In this document: positions 47,127 through 55,304 of the stretch, one piece after another
Position numbering within the stretch: position 1 is the first letter of the stretch
Layout of the letters: each line of letters starts with the position of its first letter
DNA from: a virus
Lineage: Duplodnaviria; Caudoviricetes
DNA length: 64,000 nt
IMG/VR virus record: IMGVR_UViG_3300026549_000054
Coordinates: 40,767-104,766 of that record
Strand: one strand, 5' to 3'
The notes under the pieces: generated by a model
Told to the model about the DNA's origin: nothing
Databases searched by the model: none
What the model saw: only the letters and a program-made list of their open reading frames with translations
Made by a program: the position numbers and the translations under genes

Positions 47127-47226
47127 TTGTACCTCTATTGTTGTTCGTTTCGTATTATAATATAGTAAAAGAAAAACGGCTTGTCAATGGACAAACCGCT
47201 TAAATTGTGTAAAAAGATGTTTACAA

Positions 47227-47406
47227 TTAGTATTCTTCGTCTGAGTCACTCAAGCCAATGCCACACGCTTCATCCCATCCTTCTTTTTCAACAATGTCCT
47301 GGACAGTATCTGCGTCAATATACATTAGTAACTGCTCTACAACTTCAGCTGCGTCTAAGGCACCATCTTGTGCGGCAGTTAAGAGTTTTTCCTTTATATC
47401 ATCCAT
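47227..47406 (-). CDS. Small acidic protein (59 aa, MDDIKEKLL...)
   Basis: AAGGAG RBS. Confidence 0.6.
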   Translation of the reverse strand: MDDIKEKLLTAAQDGALDAAEVVEQLLMYIDADTVQDIVEKEGWDEACGIGLSDSDEEY

Positions 47407-47422
47407 TTTTATATCTCCTTTA

Positions 47423-47632
47423 TTAAAAATCGTTTGCTATGTTTGCTTGTTTACAGAAACTTTGTTTGTACTTCTTTTTTATATCTTTGATTTCGCCATT
47501 TATCCTTTCCAGGTCCGCTATTCTTTGTTTGTACTGATTCGTCCAATTTCGCAAATCCTGAGAATTTTGTAATGATTTACATACCTTCAAATAAGTTAAT
47601 AGTTCTGTATAAGCTTTTTCTAAGTCTTCCAC
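47423..47632 (-). CDS. DF-tail family protein
   Basis: Ends QANIANDF. Confidence 0.6.
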   Translation of the reverse strand: MEDLEKAYTELLTYLKVCKSLQNSQDLRNWTNQYKQRIADLERINGEIKDIKKKYKQSFCKQANIANDF

Positions 47633-47988
47633 TGTATATATAGGAACTGGTTCGCTACTCCATCTGCGAAAAATTGAGGTGGAATCTTTCCCTTTTCCAA
47701 AAACAAATCTACATCGTAATTACTTATACTTGTCAAATCTGCTGGCTTATAAAAGAATACCGGAGCTTTGACTGTCTTTCGTCCTGTCATAGTCCAAACA
47801 TATCTTTCAAAATTCATTAAAGAACTTCCATCATGTTTGTATGAATCACCGGAAAATTCAAAGACATCCCACTTTGGTCTTCGCTCAAAGTATTGTTTTG
47901 TTTCTGGTATTTGGGCAAATCGTATACTGTTAAACCCTAGTGCTATTTGGTGCTTCGCACACCATTCTTTTACTTCTTTCCAAGTCAT
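47620..47988 (-). CDS. Hypothetical protein
   Basis: GAGG RBS. Confidence 0.65.
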   Translation of the reverse strand: MTWKEVKEWCAKHQIALGFNSIRFAQIPETKQYFERRPKWDVFEFSGDSYKHDGSSLMNFERYVWTMTGRKTVKAPVFFYKPADLTSISNYDVDLFLEKGKIPPQFFADGVANQFLYIQWKT

Positions 47989-48047
47989 ATTAAAAACCTC
48001 TTTTAGTTTGTTTAATAATAGTAAATTTACTTAAACCTTCCAATACC

Positions 48048-48425
48048 CTAAAAATCGCTTTGAATACGATTAAGTTTCATTTCATACTTCTTCTGCTTGA
48101 TTTCTTTTTCCAATTCTAACCACTTTAAATGCATTTGTCCGACTTTGTAAATTAAGGTATTATCATCGCATAATTCCATCTTAAAAGTGGTATTTTCCCA
48201 TATAAGTTCATAACTTTCTAATTCACCATTCTTATCCCTATGTTCTAACCAATGCCATTCGTACTTTTCACGAACATTCAATAAACACCTATTCATCCCA
48301 TAACTTACTACCCACTGCGTACCTTCCCCAAATCGCAGATATCGCATACCACTTCTATCCTTGGTTTCTACCATATTGAACTTTTCTTTCAATAGGTCCA
48401 TTACCTCATCCTGCGACATTATCAT
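48048..48425 (-). CDS. DF-tail family protein
   Basis: Ends KLNRIQSDF. Confidence 0.7.
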   Translation of the reverse strand: MIMSQDEVMDLLKEKFNMVETKDRSGMRYLRFGEGTQWVVSYGMNRCLLNVREKYEWHWLEHRDKNGELESYELIWENTTFKMELCDDNTLIYKVGQMHLKWLELEKEIKQKKYEMKLNRIQSDF

Positions 48426-48957
48426 ACTTCAACTCCAATTTAGTAACTTCATCGTGTATAATTCCTATTGGATAATAACTGTCCGAATGATCAGTATAAC
48501 ACTCAAATATAGTCTTATGCTTACATTTAACTTTCAAATGAATCTTATATATCTTCTTATCAACCCAGGAATCTTTTACTTCTTTCTCAATCCTTTGATT
48601 TTCTGTATAACTGCAATTTAAGTCAAATGCTTCTAGGTTTTTCGTCAAGCACAGTTCTTTATTCTTAATTTGATATAAACCGGCATAACTGCGATAACCA
48701 TCATCCTTATCCACAAAACAAATCCAATTATAATATAAATCCTTATTCTTCATTGTAACAAAGTATACTTGTTCACACCATCCTTCACTTACTTCATTTG
48801 GATGATAAGAACAATCTTCTACTTCATTTCCCCTTTCATTATATACTTTAATCTGGGAATTATCAAATTCATTACCTATAGTTTGTAACTTATGTAACAT
48901 AGCCAATACTTTCTTGGCTCTGTCTAAATCCGTCCTTTCTATCCCTATTAACTTCAT
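48406..48957 (-). CDS. Hypothetical protein
   Basis: Coupled ORF inside the array, no DF tail. Confidence 0.65.
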   Translation of the reverse strand: MKLIGIERTDLDRAKKVLAMLHKLQTIGNEFDNSQIKVYNERGNEVEDCSYHPNEVSEGWCEQVYFVTMKNKDLYYNWICFVDKDDGYRSYAGLYQIKNKELCLTKNLEAFDLNCSYTENQRIEKEVKDSWVDKKIYKIHLKVKCKHKTIFECYTDHSDSYYPIGIIHDEVTKLELKYDNVAG

Positions 48958-48959
48958 AT

Positions 48960-49322
48960 TTAAAAATCTTCCTTCATCTTATCTAATTTCTGCTGTTCTT
49001 TCAGCTTTTTGCTCTTTTCTATATCCTTCTTAAAATGCTCAATAACCTGCTCCATATTCCATAAATCACACCTATATTCATTTTTCTTTTCCTTCCCACC
49101 TATCCTCGCTATATAATAAAAACTCTTCGTATCTGTATGATAATATAACCTTATAAAAGTATCGTTCATTTCCCATTCATTACTAAATAATGGCAAATCC
49201 CCATAATATACCATTTCATAGAAAAAATCATCATCTGGATGATGCTTCAATATAGGGCACTTTTCTAGTAATTCACTGATTACTTCGTCTTTTGTGTATC
49301 GCTTTAGTATCTTCATAACCAT
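48960..49322 (-). CDS. DF-tail family protein
   Basis: Ends KLDKMKEDF. Confidence 0.7.
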   Translation of the reverse strand: MVMKILKRYTKDEVISELLEKCPILKHHPDDDFFYEMVYYGDLPLFSNEWEMNDTFIRLYYHTDTKSFYYIARIGGKEKKNEYRCDLWNMEQVIEHFKKDIEKSKKLKEQQKLDKMKEDF

Positions 49323-49500
49323 AATATAATAACTTTTCCAGGCTTTTACAATATATACCGCTTTTTCAAATTTTTTTTATTTTAAGGATGAACTTCACAC
49401 AAAATGGGTCAAACAAAAGTCTCGGTAGGTGTACCACATTATGAAGCACTTTTCGGTCGCAGATTTCACAAATAAATACTATAGGGTAAAATCCAACTGG

Positions 49501-49914
49501 TTAGAAGTCATCCTTTATCTTTTTTAGTTTAATAAATTCTTTCATTCTTTTAATTTCTTTTAAAGTAAACCCACATAAATCTTCTATATCTTTAGGGGTA
49601 GGGGATAAATTCATTTGGTAATCATCGTACCTAGCAATTAGTTTATTATCTTTATCCATACAAGCTATACCTGTATAACCATAATAAGGTAAATCGTGAA
49701 TATAATCTAAATGATGTGGATAAAGTAATCTATCGTTATCATATAATATAAGAACACATTGGCCTTCGTCTTTAAAATAATACTGAGCATGAAGATAAAT
49801 TGAATAATTAGAAGGATGGTCAATAATAGCTTCTTTAGGAAAGTAATGATATAGGGCTTCTTTTACTCTATAATAGTTTTTAATTTGAGTTCTTTTGGTA
49901 TTAGATTTAGTCAT
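49501..49914 (-). CDS. DF-tail family protein
   Basis: Ends KLKKIKDDF. Confidence 0.7.
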   Translation of the reverse strand: MTKSNTKRTQIKNYYRVKEALYHYFPKEAIIDHPSNYSIYLHAQYYFKDEGQCVLILYDNDRLLYPHHLDYIHDLPYYGYTGIACMDKDNKLIARYDDYQMNLSPTPKDIEDLCGFTLKEIKRMKEFIKLKKIKDDF

Positions 49915-50269
49915 TGAAGTCCTCGGAAAGGTTAGATAAGCGTTTATTTTGTATAGATTCTTTGTATCGTTTAAATGCGTGTATATACTTAGTTTTGAGT
50001 TGATTTAGTTTAGTTTTTGCTTCTTCAACAGAAAAGATAACATCAGCAGAGAAGTAGCACCATTCAAACTTATTAGGTGTTTGGAAAACGTATATATCGT
50101 GAGCAACATACCAAGCAGTAGAATCGTGCCAGATTAGATGAGAATTATAATCTTTATTGGATTGGGTTATATCCACGAAAGCATATTCTAAAATGTTCGG
50201 AGTATTGACTTTCACATATAGGCCGAGTTCTTTCATTACAGAAGGTGGAAGTTCATTGAAAGGTAGCAT
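49907..50269 (-). CDS. DF-tail family protein
   Basis: Ends RLSNLSEDFND. Confidence 0.7.
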   Translation of the reverse strand: MLPFNELPPSVMKELGLYVKVNTPNILEYAFVDITQSNKDYNSHLIWHDSTAWYVAHDIYVFQTPNKFEWCYFSADVIFSVEEAKTKLNQLKTKYIHAFKRYKESIQNKRLSNLSEDFND

Positions 50270-50270
50270 A

Positions 50271-50594
50271 TTAGAAGTCCTTTTCTAAATTAGATAGTTT
50301 CTTTTCTACTTTATATCGTTTATAGAGAGAGATAGCTGCATTATATTCTTTTTGCATCTGAATGAAGTACTGTTCATAATCTTCAGGATAGATTCTATTC
50401 CAACCGGCATACTCTATACAGGTTTCTGTCGCAAAGATATCGGTTGCAGCAAAGACATTATAAGGAGCAATCTTACTAAATGCGAACAAATTACCCACAA
50501 TAGGATAGTGGCAGGGGTTTTTGAAAATATAATAGTTCTTAACAGGGAGCTGTTCTAAATCGTATTCTCTAATATAATCTTCTAAAGTTTTCAT
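50271..50594 (-). CDS. DF-tail family protein
   Basis: Ends KLSNLEKDF. Confidence 0.7.
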   Translation of the reverse strand: MKTLEDYIREYDLEQLPVKNYYIFKNPCHYPIVGNLFAFSKIAPYNVFAATDIFATETCIEYAGWNRIYPEDYEQYFIQMQKEYNAAISLYKRYKVEKKLSNLEKDF

Positions 50595-50926
50595 TTAAAG
50601 TCCTCTTTTATTTTCTTTAGTTTGTTCTTAACTTTTGTTTCTTTTACATAGAGAACTGCGTCATCTATCTGTCTTTTAAGGTTGATAAGGTGCTGAACCA
50701 TTGCGGCCTCTCTATTCATTGGTATCGCACCAAAGTAATACCACACAGATAGATTTTTAGAGACTTTAACCTTTTCTGCTATTTTCCAACCATCTTCTAT
50801 TTCGCTATACCACATTAGATGTGTCTCAAGTACAGGATAATAACCTTTAAACCCATACTCATCTTGATTTGGGTCTCTCAGTTCTAAATCTAATAAATCT
50901 ATCATTTCTTGAGGTAGAGGTTCCAT
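50591..50926 (-). CDS. DF-tail family protein
   Basis: Ends KLKKIKEDFK. Confidence 0.7.
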   Translation of the reverse strand: MEPLPQEMIDLLDLELRDPNQDEYGFKGYYPVLETHLMWYSEIEDGWKIAEKVKVSKNLSVWYYFGAIPMNREAAMVQHLINLKRQIDDAVLYVKETKVKNKLKKIKEDFK

Positions 50927-51294
50927 TAGAAATCCTGTTTTATTTTGAGTTCTCTTAATTTGTTTTGAATTTCTTTAATTCGTTTAAGATACTTATGGCA
51001 TTCTTTTTTGAATTGAGAGAGAGAAGGCTTTTCAATTTTACGAAAATTACCTATATCCATAGCAGTTTCATCTCTATCTTTCTCTTTAGGTCTTATCCAG
51101 CCATTACCCTCTAATTCTAGTTTGTATGGAATAAAGAGATACTCTTTATCATACTGTAAGATAGTATAACCACAACGAGGTCCAAAGATAACCTCACCAT
51201 CTAAATCAAAATACCAACCGTGATGGTCTGAGAGAGCATCAGGTCGGAAAATTTCTTTAGCCGCATTAAAATAATCTTCATAAGTGTGTTTCAT
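50926..51294 (-). CDS. DF-tail family protein (start at MKHTYED)
   Basis: Ends ELKIKQDF; start overlaps the upstream stop. Confidence 0.65.
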   Translation of the reverse strand: MKHTYEDYFNAAKEIFRPDALSDHHGWYFDLDGEVIFGPRCGYTILQYDKEYLFIPYKLELEGNGWIRPKEKDRDETAMDIGNFRKIEKPSLSQFKKECHKYLKRIKEIQNKLRELKIKQDF

Positions 51295-51641
51295 ACAAAA
51301 TCCCTTTGCATTTTCATAAGTTTTCTGTGTGCTATTCTTTCTTTGCCTTCTTTTATTCTTTTCTTTATAGAGGTTCTCAAATGATAAAGATGATTTCTTA
51401 CTTCGTTCTCTGTTTGAAAATTTATAGAGCCAGCATAACCCCACCAATAATGAGTGTCATCATTGTTCATATAAATTTGCTTTGCCATTCCAAAACTGCC
51501 ATTATCATAGAACCACAGCAAATGCCCAGACTCTGGGATAAAGTCACTAAATCCATATTCAAGTCGGTCAGTATCTGTATCATAGTCTATTTTGACTAAA
51601 TTTAATTTGTCTATAAGAGATTGAGAGAGCTGTGCTTTCAT
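51291..51641 (-). CDS. DF-tail family protein
   Basis: Ends KLMKMQRDFV. Confidence 0.7.
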   Translation of the reverse strand: MKAQLSQSLIDKLNLVKIDYDTDTDRLEYGFSDFIPESGHLLWFYDNGSFGMAKQIYMNNDDTHYWWGYAGSINFQTENEVRNHLYHLRTSIKKRIKEGKERIAHRKLMKMQRDFV

Positions 51642-52057
51642 TTGAAGTCCTTTTTCATATTAGCAAGTTTCTTATTTACAAGTTTTTCTTTTTCACACTT
51701 CTTATAGAGTTGAAGGAGATTAAATTGAGCTTCTGCCCATTGAGAGAGAATTTGGAAATTGAATTTATCTGTATCTTCTACTTTATAACTAGCAGTGTTA
51801 CAAGAGAAGGAGTGTTTCCCTGTCGGAAGGAAAGAATACACCATAGTATCATACTCAATAGAGAGATAGCCAGTTCTAACATTACCTGAGATATAGACTG
51901 AACTACTCTTATCACCAAAATTCAAACAAGAAAAACAATAGAAATCGTCATTACAAGTACGCTTAAAAGAGGTACTGTAATCATAACCATATTGTGAGAG
52001 AGTATCTTTTATTTTGTTCAAAAAGTTACTGAGATTAGTGTATTCGTTACGCTTCAT
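51638..52057 (-). CDS. DF-tail family protein
   Basis: Ends KLANMKKDFK. Confidence 0.7.
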   Translation of the reverse strand: MKRNEYTNLSNFLNKIKDTLSQYGYDYSTSFKRTCNDDFYCFSCLNFGDKSSSVYISGNVRTGYLSIEYDTMVYSFLPTGKHSFSCNTASYKVEDTDKFNFQILSQWAEAQFNLLQLYKKCEKEKLVNKKLANMKKDFK

Positions 52058-52434
52058 TCAAAATCTTCCTTCATTTTATTAAGTTTCAAGTATTCTTTCA
52101 TTCGTAAAATTTCACTGGAAACTATATCACAGATGCGATTATATTCCTTTTCTGTATTGAATTTAGCCACAGAGTAATCACGCAAATCCAGTACACGTTT
52201 CCCATCTTTAGACGGAGAAATTTTATTGTTTATTTTGTCATAATAGAGATTTTCCGCATAAAGTATGTTTTTGTTCTCTTTGACAATTAGAACATAGGGG
52301 CACAGATCATACGTGAAAATTCTACTACCGTCCAAAAATATACCTTTGGAACCTTCATTGATGTAAAGAAGTTTTTCAGGAAATCTTTTTAAAAGAACAC
52401 CTTTAATCAGTTCAAACACTTGTTTTTCGGTCAT
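52054..52434 (-). CDS. DF-tail family protein
   Basis: Ends KLNKMKEDFE. Confidence 0.7.
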   Translation of the reverse strand: MTEKQVFELIKGVLLKRFPEKLLYINEGSKGIFLDGSRIFTYDLCPYVLIVKENKNILYAENLYYDKINNKISPSKDGKRVLDLRDYSVAKFNTEKEYNRICDIVSSEILRMKEYLKLNKMKEDFE

Positions 52435-52643
52435 TCAAAATCTTCCTGCATTTTTTCCAAACGCTGTTTCATTTTGTGTTTCTTCTTTTCAAGTGGAGTC
52501 ATTTCCCTTTCGGCCTTGTCAATATACCATTCTCTAATTTCTTTGAAAATTAAATTGTGTGTATCACAGACATGCTGAGCATATTCTTCAGCGGTTCGCC
52601 TAGTTTGGAAAATCACATTGTCGCAACCATAAAGTTTTTCCAT
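52431..52643 (-). CDS. DF-tail family protein
   Basis: Ends RLEKMQEDFE. Confidence 0.7.
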   Translation of the reverse strand: MEKLYGCDNVIFQTRRTAEEYAQHVCDTHNLIFKEIREWYIDKAEREMTPLEKKKHKMKQRLEKMQEDFE

Positions 52644-52834
52644 TAGAAGTCCTCCTCCATTTTCTGTAAACAGTGGTCAATTTTATCTATCTTTCTGTCA
52701 TATTCAGTTTGTTGTTTAGCCAATACAGCACTACGAAGATTTGTTTTAGCAATAGTATCAGTAAGACCAGTCGCCTGAGCATATCGCTGAGCGGCTCTCT
52801 TTGATATAAATGTTCTGCGACTGATCCAACTCAT
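52643..52834 (-). CDS. DF-tail family protein
   Basis: Ends LQKMEEDF. Confidence 0.65.
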   Translation of the reverse strand: MSWISRRTFISKRAAQRYAQATGLTDTIAKTNLRSAVLAKQQTEYDRKIDKIDHCLQKMEEDF

Positions 52835-52949
52835 TTTCTTTCCTTTATTAGAAATGATGCGAAAGTTTCAATAATCAAATTAGGCTTGAAAAATCGCATA
52901 CAAATTGCGATAGCTGCGCAAGCAATTAGAATAGCCAAATCCAAAGTCA

Positions 52950-53201
52950 TTAGCCCTCCCTCTTCACAACATCTTCAAATGTTTTACACGGTTCAGGCGG
53001 AACAATCGGATCCCCACAAACAGGGCAACAACGGAACGGGAAACTAATTTCCTGATGTCCGCAATCGTCAAGAATTTCAATCGTGCACTTGCTCAAATCA
53101 CTGGTGATAGAGCTGTTGTGGTTATTGTCAGCCCAATGACAGGTAATCTGAATTGGGTGCTTTGTTGAAACATTATTTAGTTTGTCGCAAAATTCGCACA
53201 T
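52950..53201 (-). CDS. Small zinc-ribbon protein (start at MCEFC)
   Basis: CEFC...CCPVCG. Confidence 0.65.
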   Translation of the reverse strand: MCEFCDKLNNVSTKHPIQITCHWADNNHNSSITSDLSKCTIEILDDCGHQEISFPFRCCPVCGDPIVPPEPCKTFEDVVKREG

Positions 53202-53202
53202 A

Positions 53203-53550
53203 TTACTTACCCTTCTTTTCTGCCTTCTTAATTTCGTTGTCAATTTCGGATTCGTCTGCCCAACCCTTGAGAACACGAACCATAGAAGTTACAATGTTGT
53301 CAATCTTGCTGAAACCCTTGGATTCCGGTTCCCAACCTTCGCAAGAAAACGATGCAGTCTTCAATCCGTCAGTATTTTCCGGGAACCATTCGCATTCGTT
53401 GAATTTGGAGCAGCGACCACTGGTTGATACACATTCACGCCAGCCATCACGAAAATGACGCTTGCCCTTGTACTGGGTTGCGGTGAATGTAAGTTCTTCA
53501 CCATTGATGGTAGCTGTGCGAGTGATAGATTTAATTGCCTTCATAGCCAT
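53203..53550 (-). CDS. Hypothetical early protein
   Basis: Own promoter; GAGGTACAACT RBS. Confidence 0.65.
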   Translation of the reverse strand: MAMKAIKSITRTATINGEELTFTATQYKGKRHFRDGWRECVSTSGRCSKFNECEWFPENTDGLKTASFSCEGWEPESKGFSKIDNIVTSMVRVLKGWADESEIDNEIKKAEKKGK

Positions 53551-53642
53551 AGTTGTACCTCTTGTTTTAGTTTCTAAGTATAAAATAGAAAAATTTTATC
53601 GGTTTGTCAATAAGAAAATCACAAAATTATGTAAAATTATGT

Positions 53643-54188
53643 TTACAATTTCGGTCCGAAAACACTTTCATTCAGATGAAGTTCTGTAAACTTTTCGTTT
53701 AATTCGTGGCATTTTTCTTTAAATTCGGGACTGTGGTCATTTTCTGTATGAAGTCCAATAACATTGTTAATAGCAGACCAATAAATAGTTCTAATTAGTT
53801 CATTATCGGCGTGCTGGATAACAAAATCCCCCATCTTTTCTTTTATCGCATTAGCATTTGCCCATTCCACAACAGAAGGCGGATTTTTAAGGCAGTCCCA
53901 GTAATGTACCATTTCGTGAATTAAAACATTTCGGAACAAATACTCATTTTTCAGTTCCTTCATATTTAACTGAATTTGTATAGGAGTTATTGTTTCTTCT
54001 TCAAGCTGAGTAAGGTAGTTGAACTGACCCCAAATTTGCCATAAATCGTTATTAACAACCATTTTAAGGGCTGGTAATTCGCCATTGAAATACCGCTCAT
54101 TGTATTCGTCAAACTTTTTGTAAATGTATTTTAAATCATTCCTGTGAAGGAATTGTTTAAATGTGTTTACAATTTTGAGCATTCCCAT
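53643..54188 (-). CDS. SprT-like zinc metalloprotease
   Basis: YNERYFNGELP..NVLIHEMVH..DHSPEF. Confidence 0.8.
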   Translation of the reverse strand: MGMLKIVNTFKQFLHRNDLKYIYKKFDEYNERYFNGELPALKMVVNNDLWQIWGQFNYLTQLEEETITPIQIQLNMKELKNEYLFRNVLIHEMVHYWDCLKNPPSVVEWANANAIKEKMGDFVIQHADNELIRTIYWSAINNVIGLHTENDHSPEFKEKCHELNEKFTELHLNESVFGPKL

Positions 54189-54279
54189 AGTTGTTACCTC
54201 TTTTTTCTTTTAATATAGAAAAATAAACGCAGTTTGTCAATAAACAAACTGCGAAATTGTGTTAATTTTTGTTTACAAT

Positions 54280-54912
54280 TTATGCGAACACTGCGTCTTC
54301 ATCTCCATTAGTGCTGTCTAATTCGCAATCGTGATTATTAGAGAATTTAACCCCGAGTGTAGTGTAAACACTGTCGCCATAATCATACACGTCCGAACTT
54401 GCGTATAATGTTGCGTTGTATTTTTTCAATAAATCGGAAAGCTCATTTTTAAATTCAGTTTCATATTTAGTTTGTCTATCTTTCTCTATTTTCTTTAGTC
54501 TATCATTGGTTACTGTTTCAAAAAATCTCTTAATTTCGTCATCAAAGTTGGTTCTGCCTTCAAACGGACAAGAAGGTTTACTCAACCAAGTTTTAATTGC
54601 TGAAGGAGTTCCTTTGTATTGTAAATGATATGGAATATATTTTTTAGTTAAATCTGTGTTTGTATCAAAAAAGCTTGAATAACTTGATTTAGTACAAGCA
54701 TTTAAAGATGTAGAATCTTTTACAAATTTATCTTTTTTGAGTGAACCCCATACAGACAAGACAAGATAAACACTTTTATCTTCTTTTAAATGACCTATAA
54801 GGAATTGTTCATAAACTCTATTTCCATCGTCAGTGTAACGCCATTCATTGAGTGTAAAGTTATGTTCTTTTAAAATTTCTTGTGCTTCTTTTAAATCCAT
54901 TTTAATACCCAA
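54280..54912 (-). CDS. Hypothetical protein with shared N-terminal leader
   Basis: MDLKEAQEILKEHNFTLNE. Confidence 0.7.
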   Translation of the reverse strand: MGIKMDLKEAQEILKEHNFTLNEWRYTDDGNRVYEQFLIGHLKEDKSVYLVLSVWGSLKKDKFVKDSTSLNACTKSSYSSFFDTNTDLTKKYIPYHLQYKGTPSAIKTWLSKPSCPFEGRTNFDDEIKRFFETVTNDRLKKIEKDRQTKYETEFKNELSDLLKKYNATLYASSDVYDYGDSVYTTLGVKFSNNHDCELDSTNGDEDAVFA

Positions 54913-55294
54913 AACAGTCCTGCCATTCGTTACTTACATCTTCTGTAAATTGTTCCAATTCGGGAGTCATTTCTGCTTCTAGTTTATCTTCCCACCAACC
55001 TTTGACATTTTTAATTTTTACATTTTTAGTAAAGTCTTTAAACACTAATTTAGCATTACCAAAATTAAATGTAACTAACAATGTATCAGTATTAGGGTCC
55101 CACTTATAATAAGTATCTACGTCATATTCTCGCATAGCAGTACCAACAAATTCGTTTTCTTTATCACCAGGTTTAAATTCTTCGTCTTGAAATACAGCAT
55201 TGATGATTTCACCAATTTCATATTTCCTTCTTGACTCTACAAGATACCCGTGTAATTGTAATTTGGCAATAGCTTCATCTATATTCATTATCAT
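54902..55294 (-). CDS. Hypothetical protein with shared N-terminal leader
   Basis: MNIDEAIAKLQLHGYLVES. Confidence 0.7.
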   Translation of the reverse strand: MIMNIDEAIAKLQLHGYLVESRRKYEIGEIINAVFQDEEFKPGDKENEFVGTAMREYDVDTYYKWDPNTDTLLVTFNFGNAKLVFKDFTKNVKIKNVKGWWEDKLEAEMTPELEQFTEDVSNEWQDCFGY

Positions 55295-55304
55295 ATTTTA
55301 CTCC

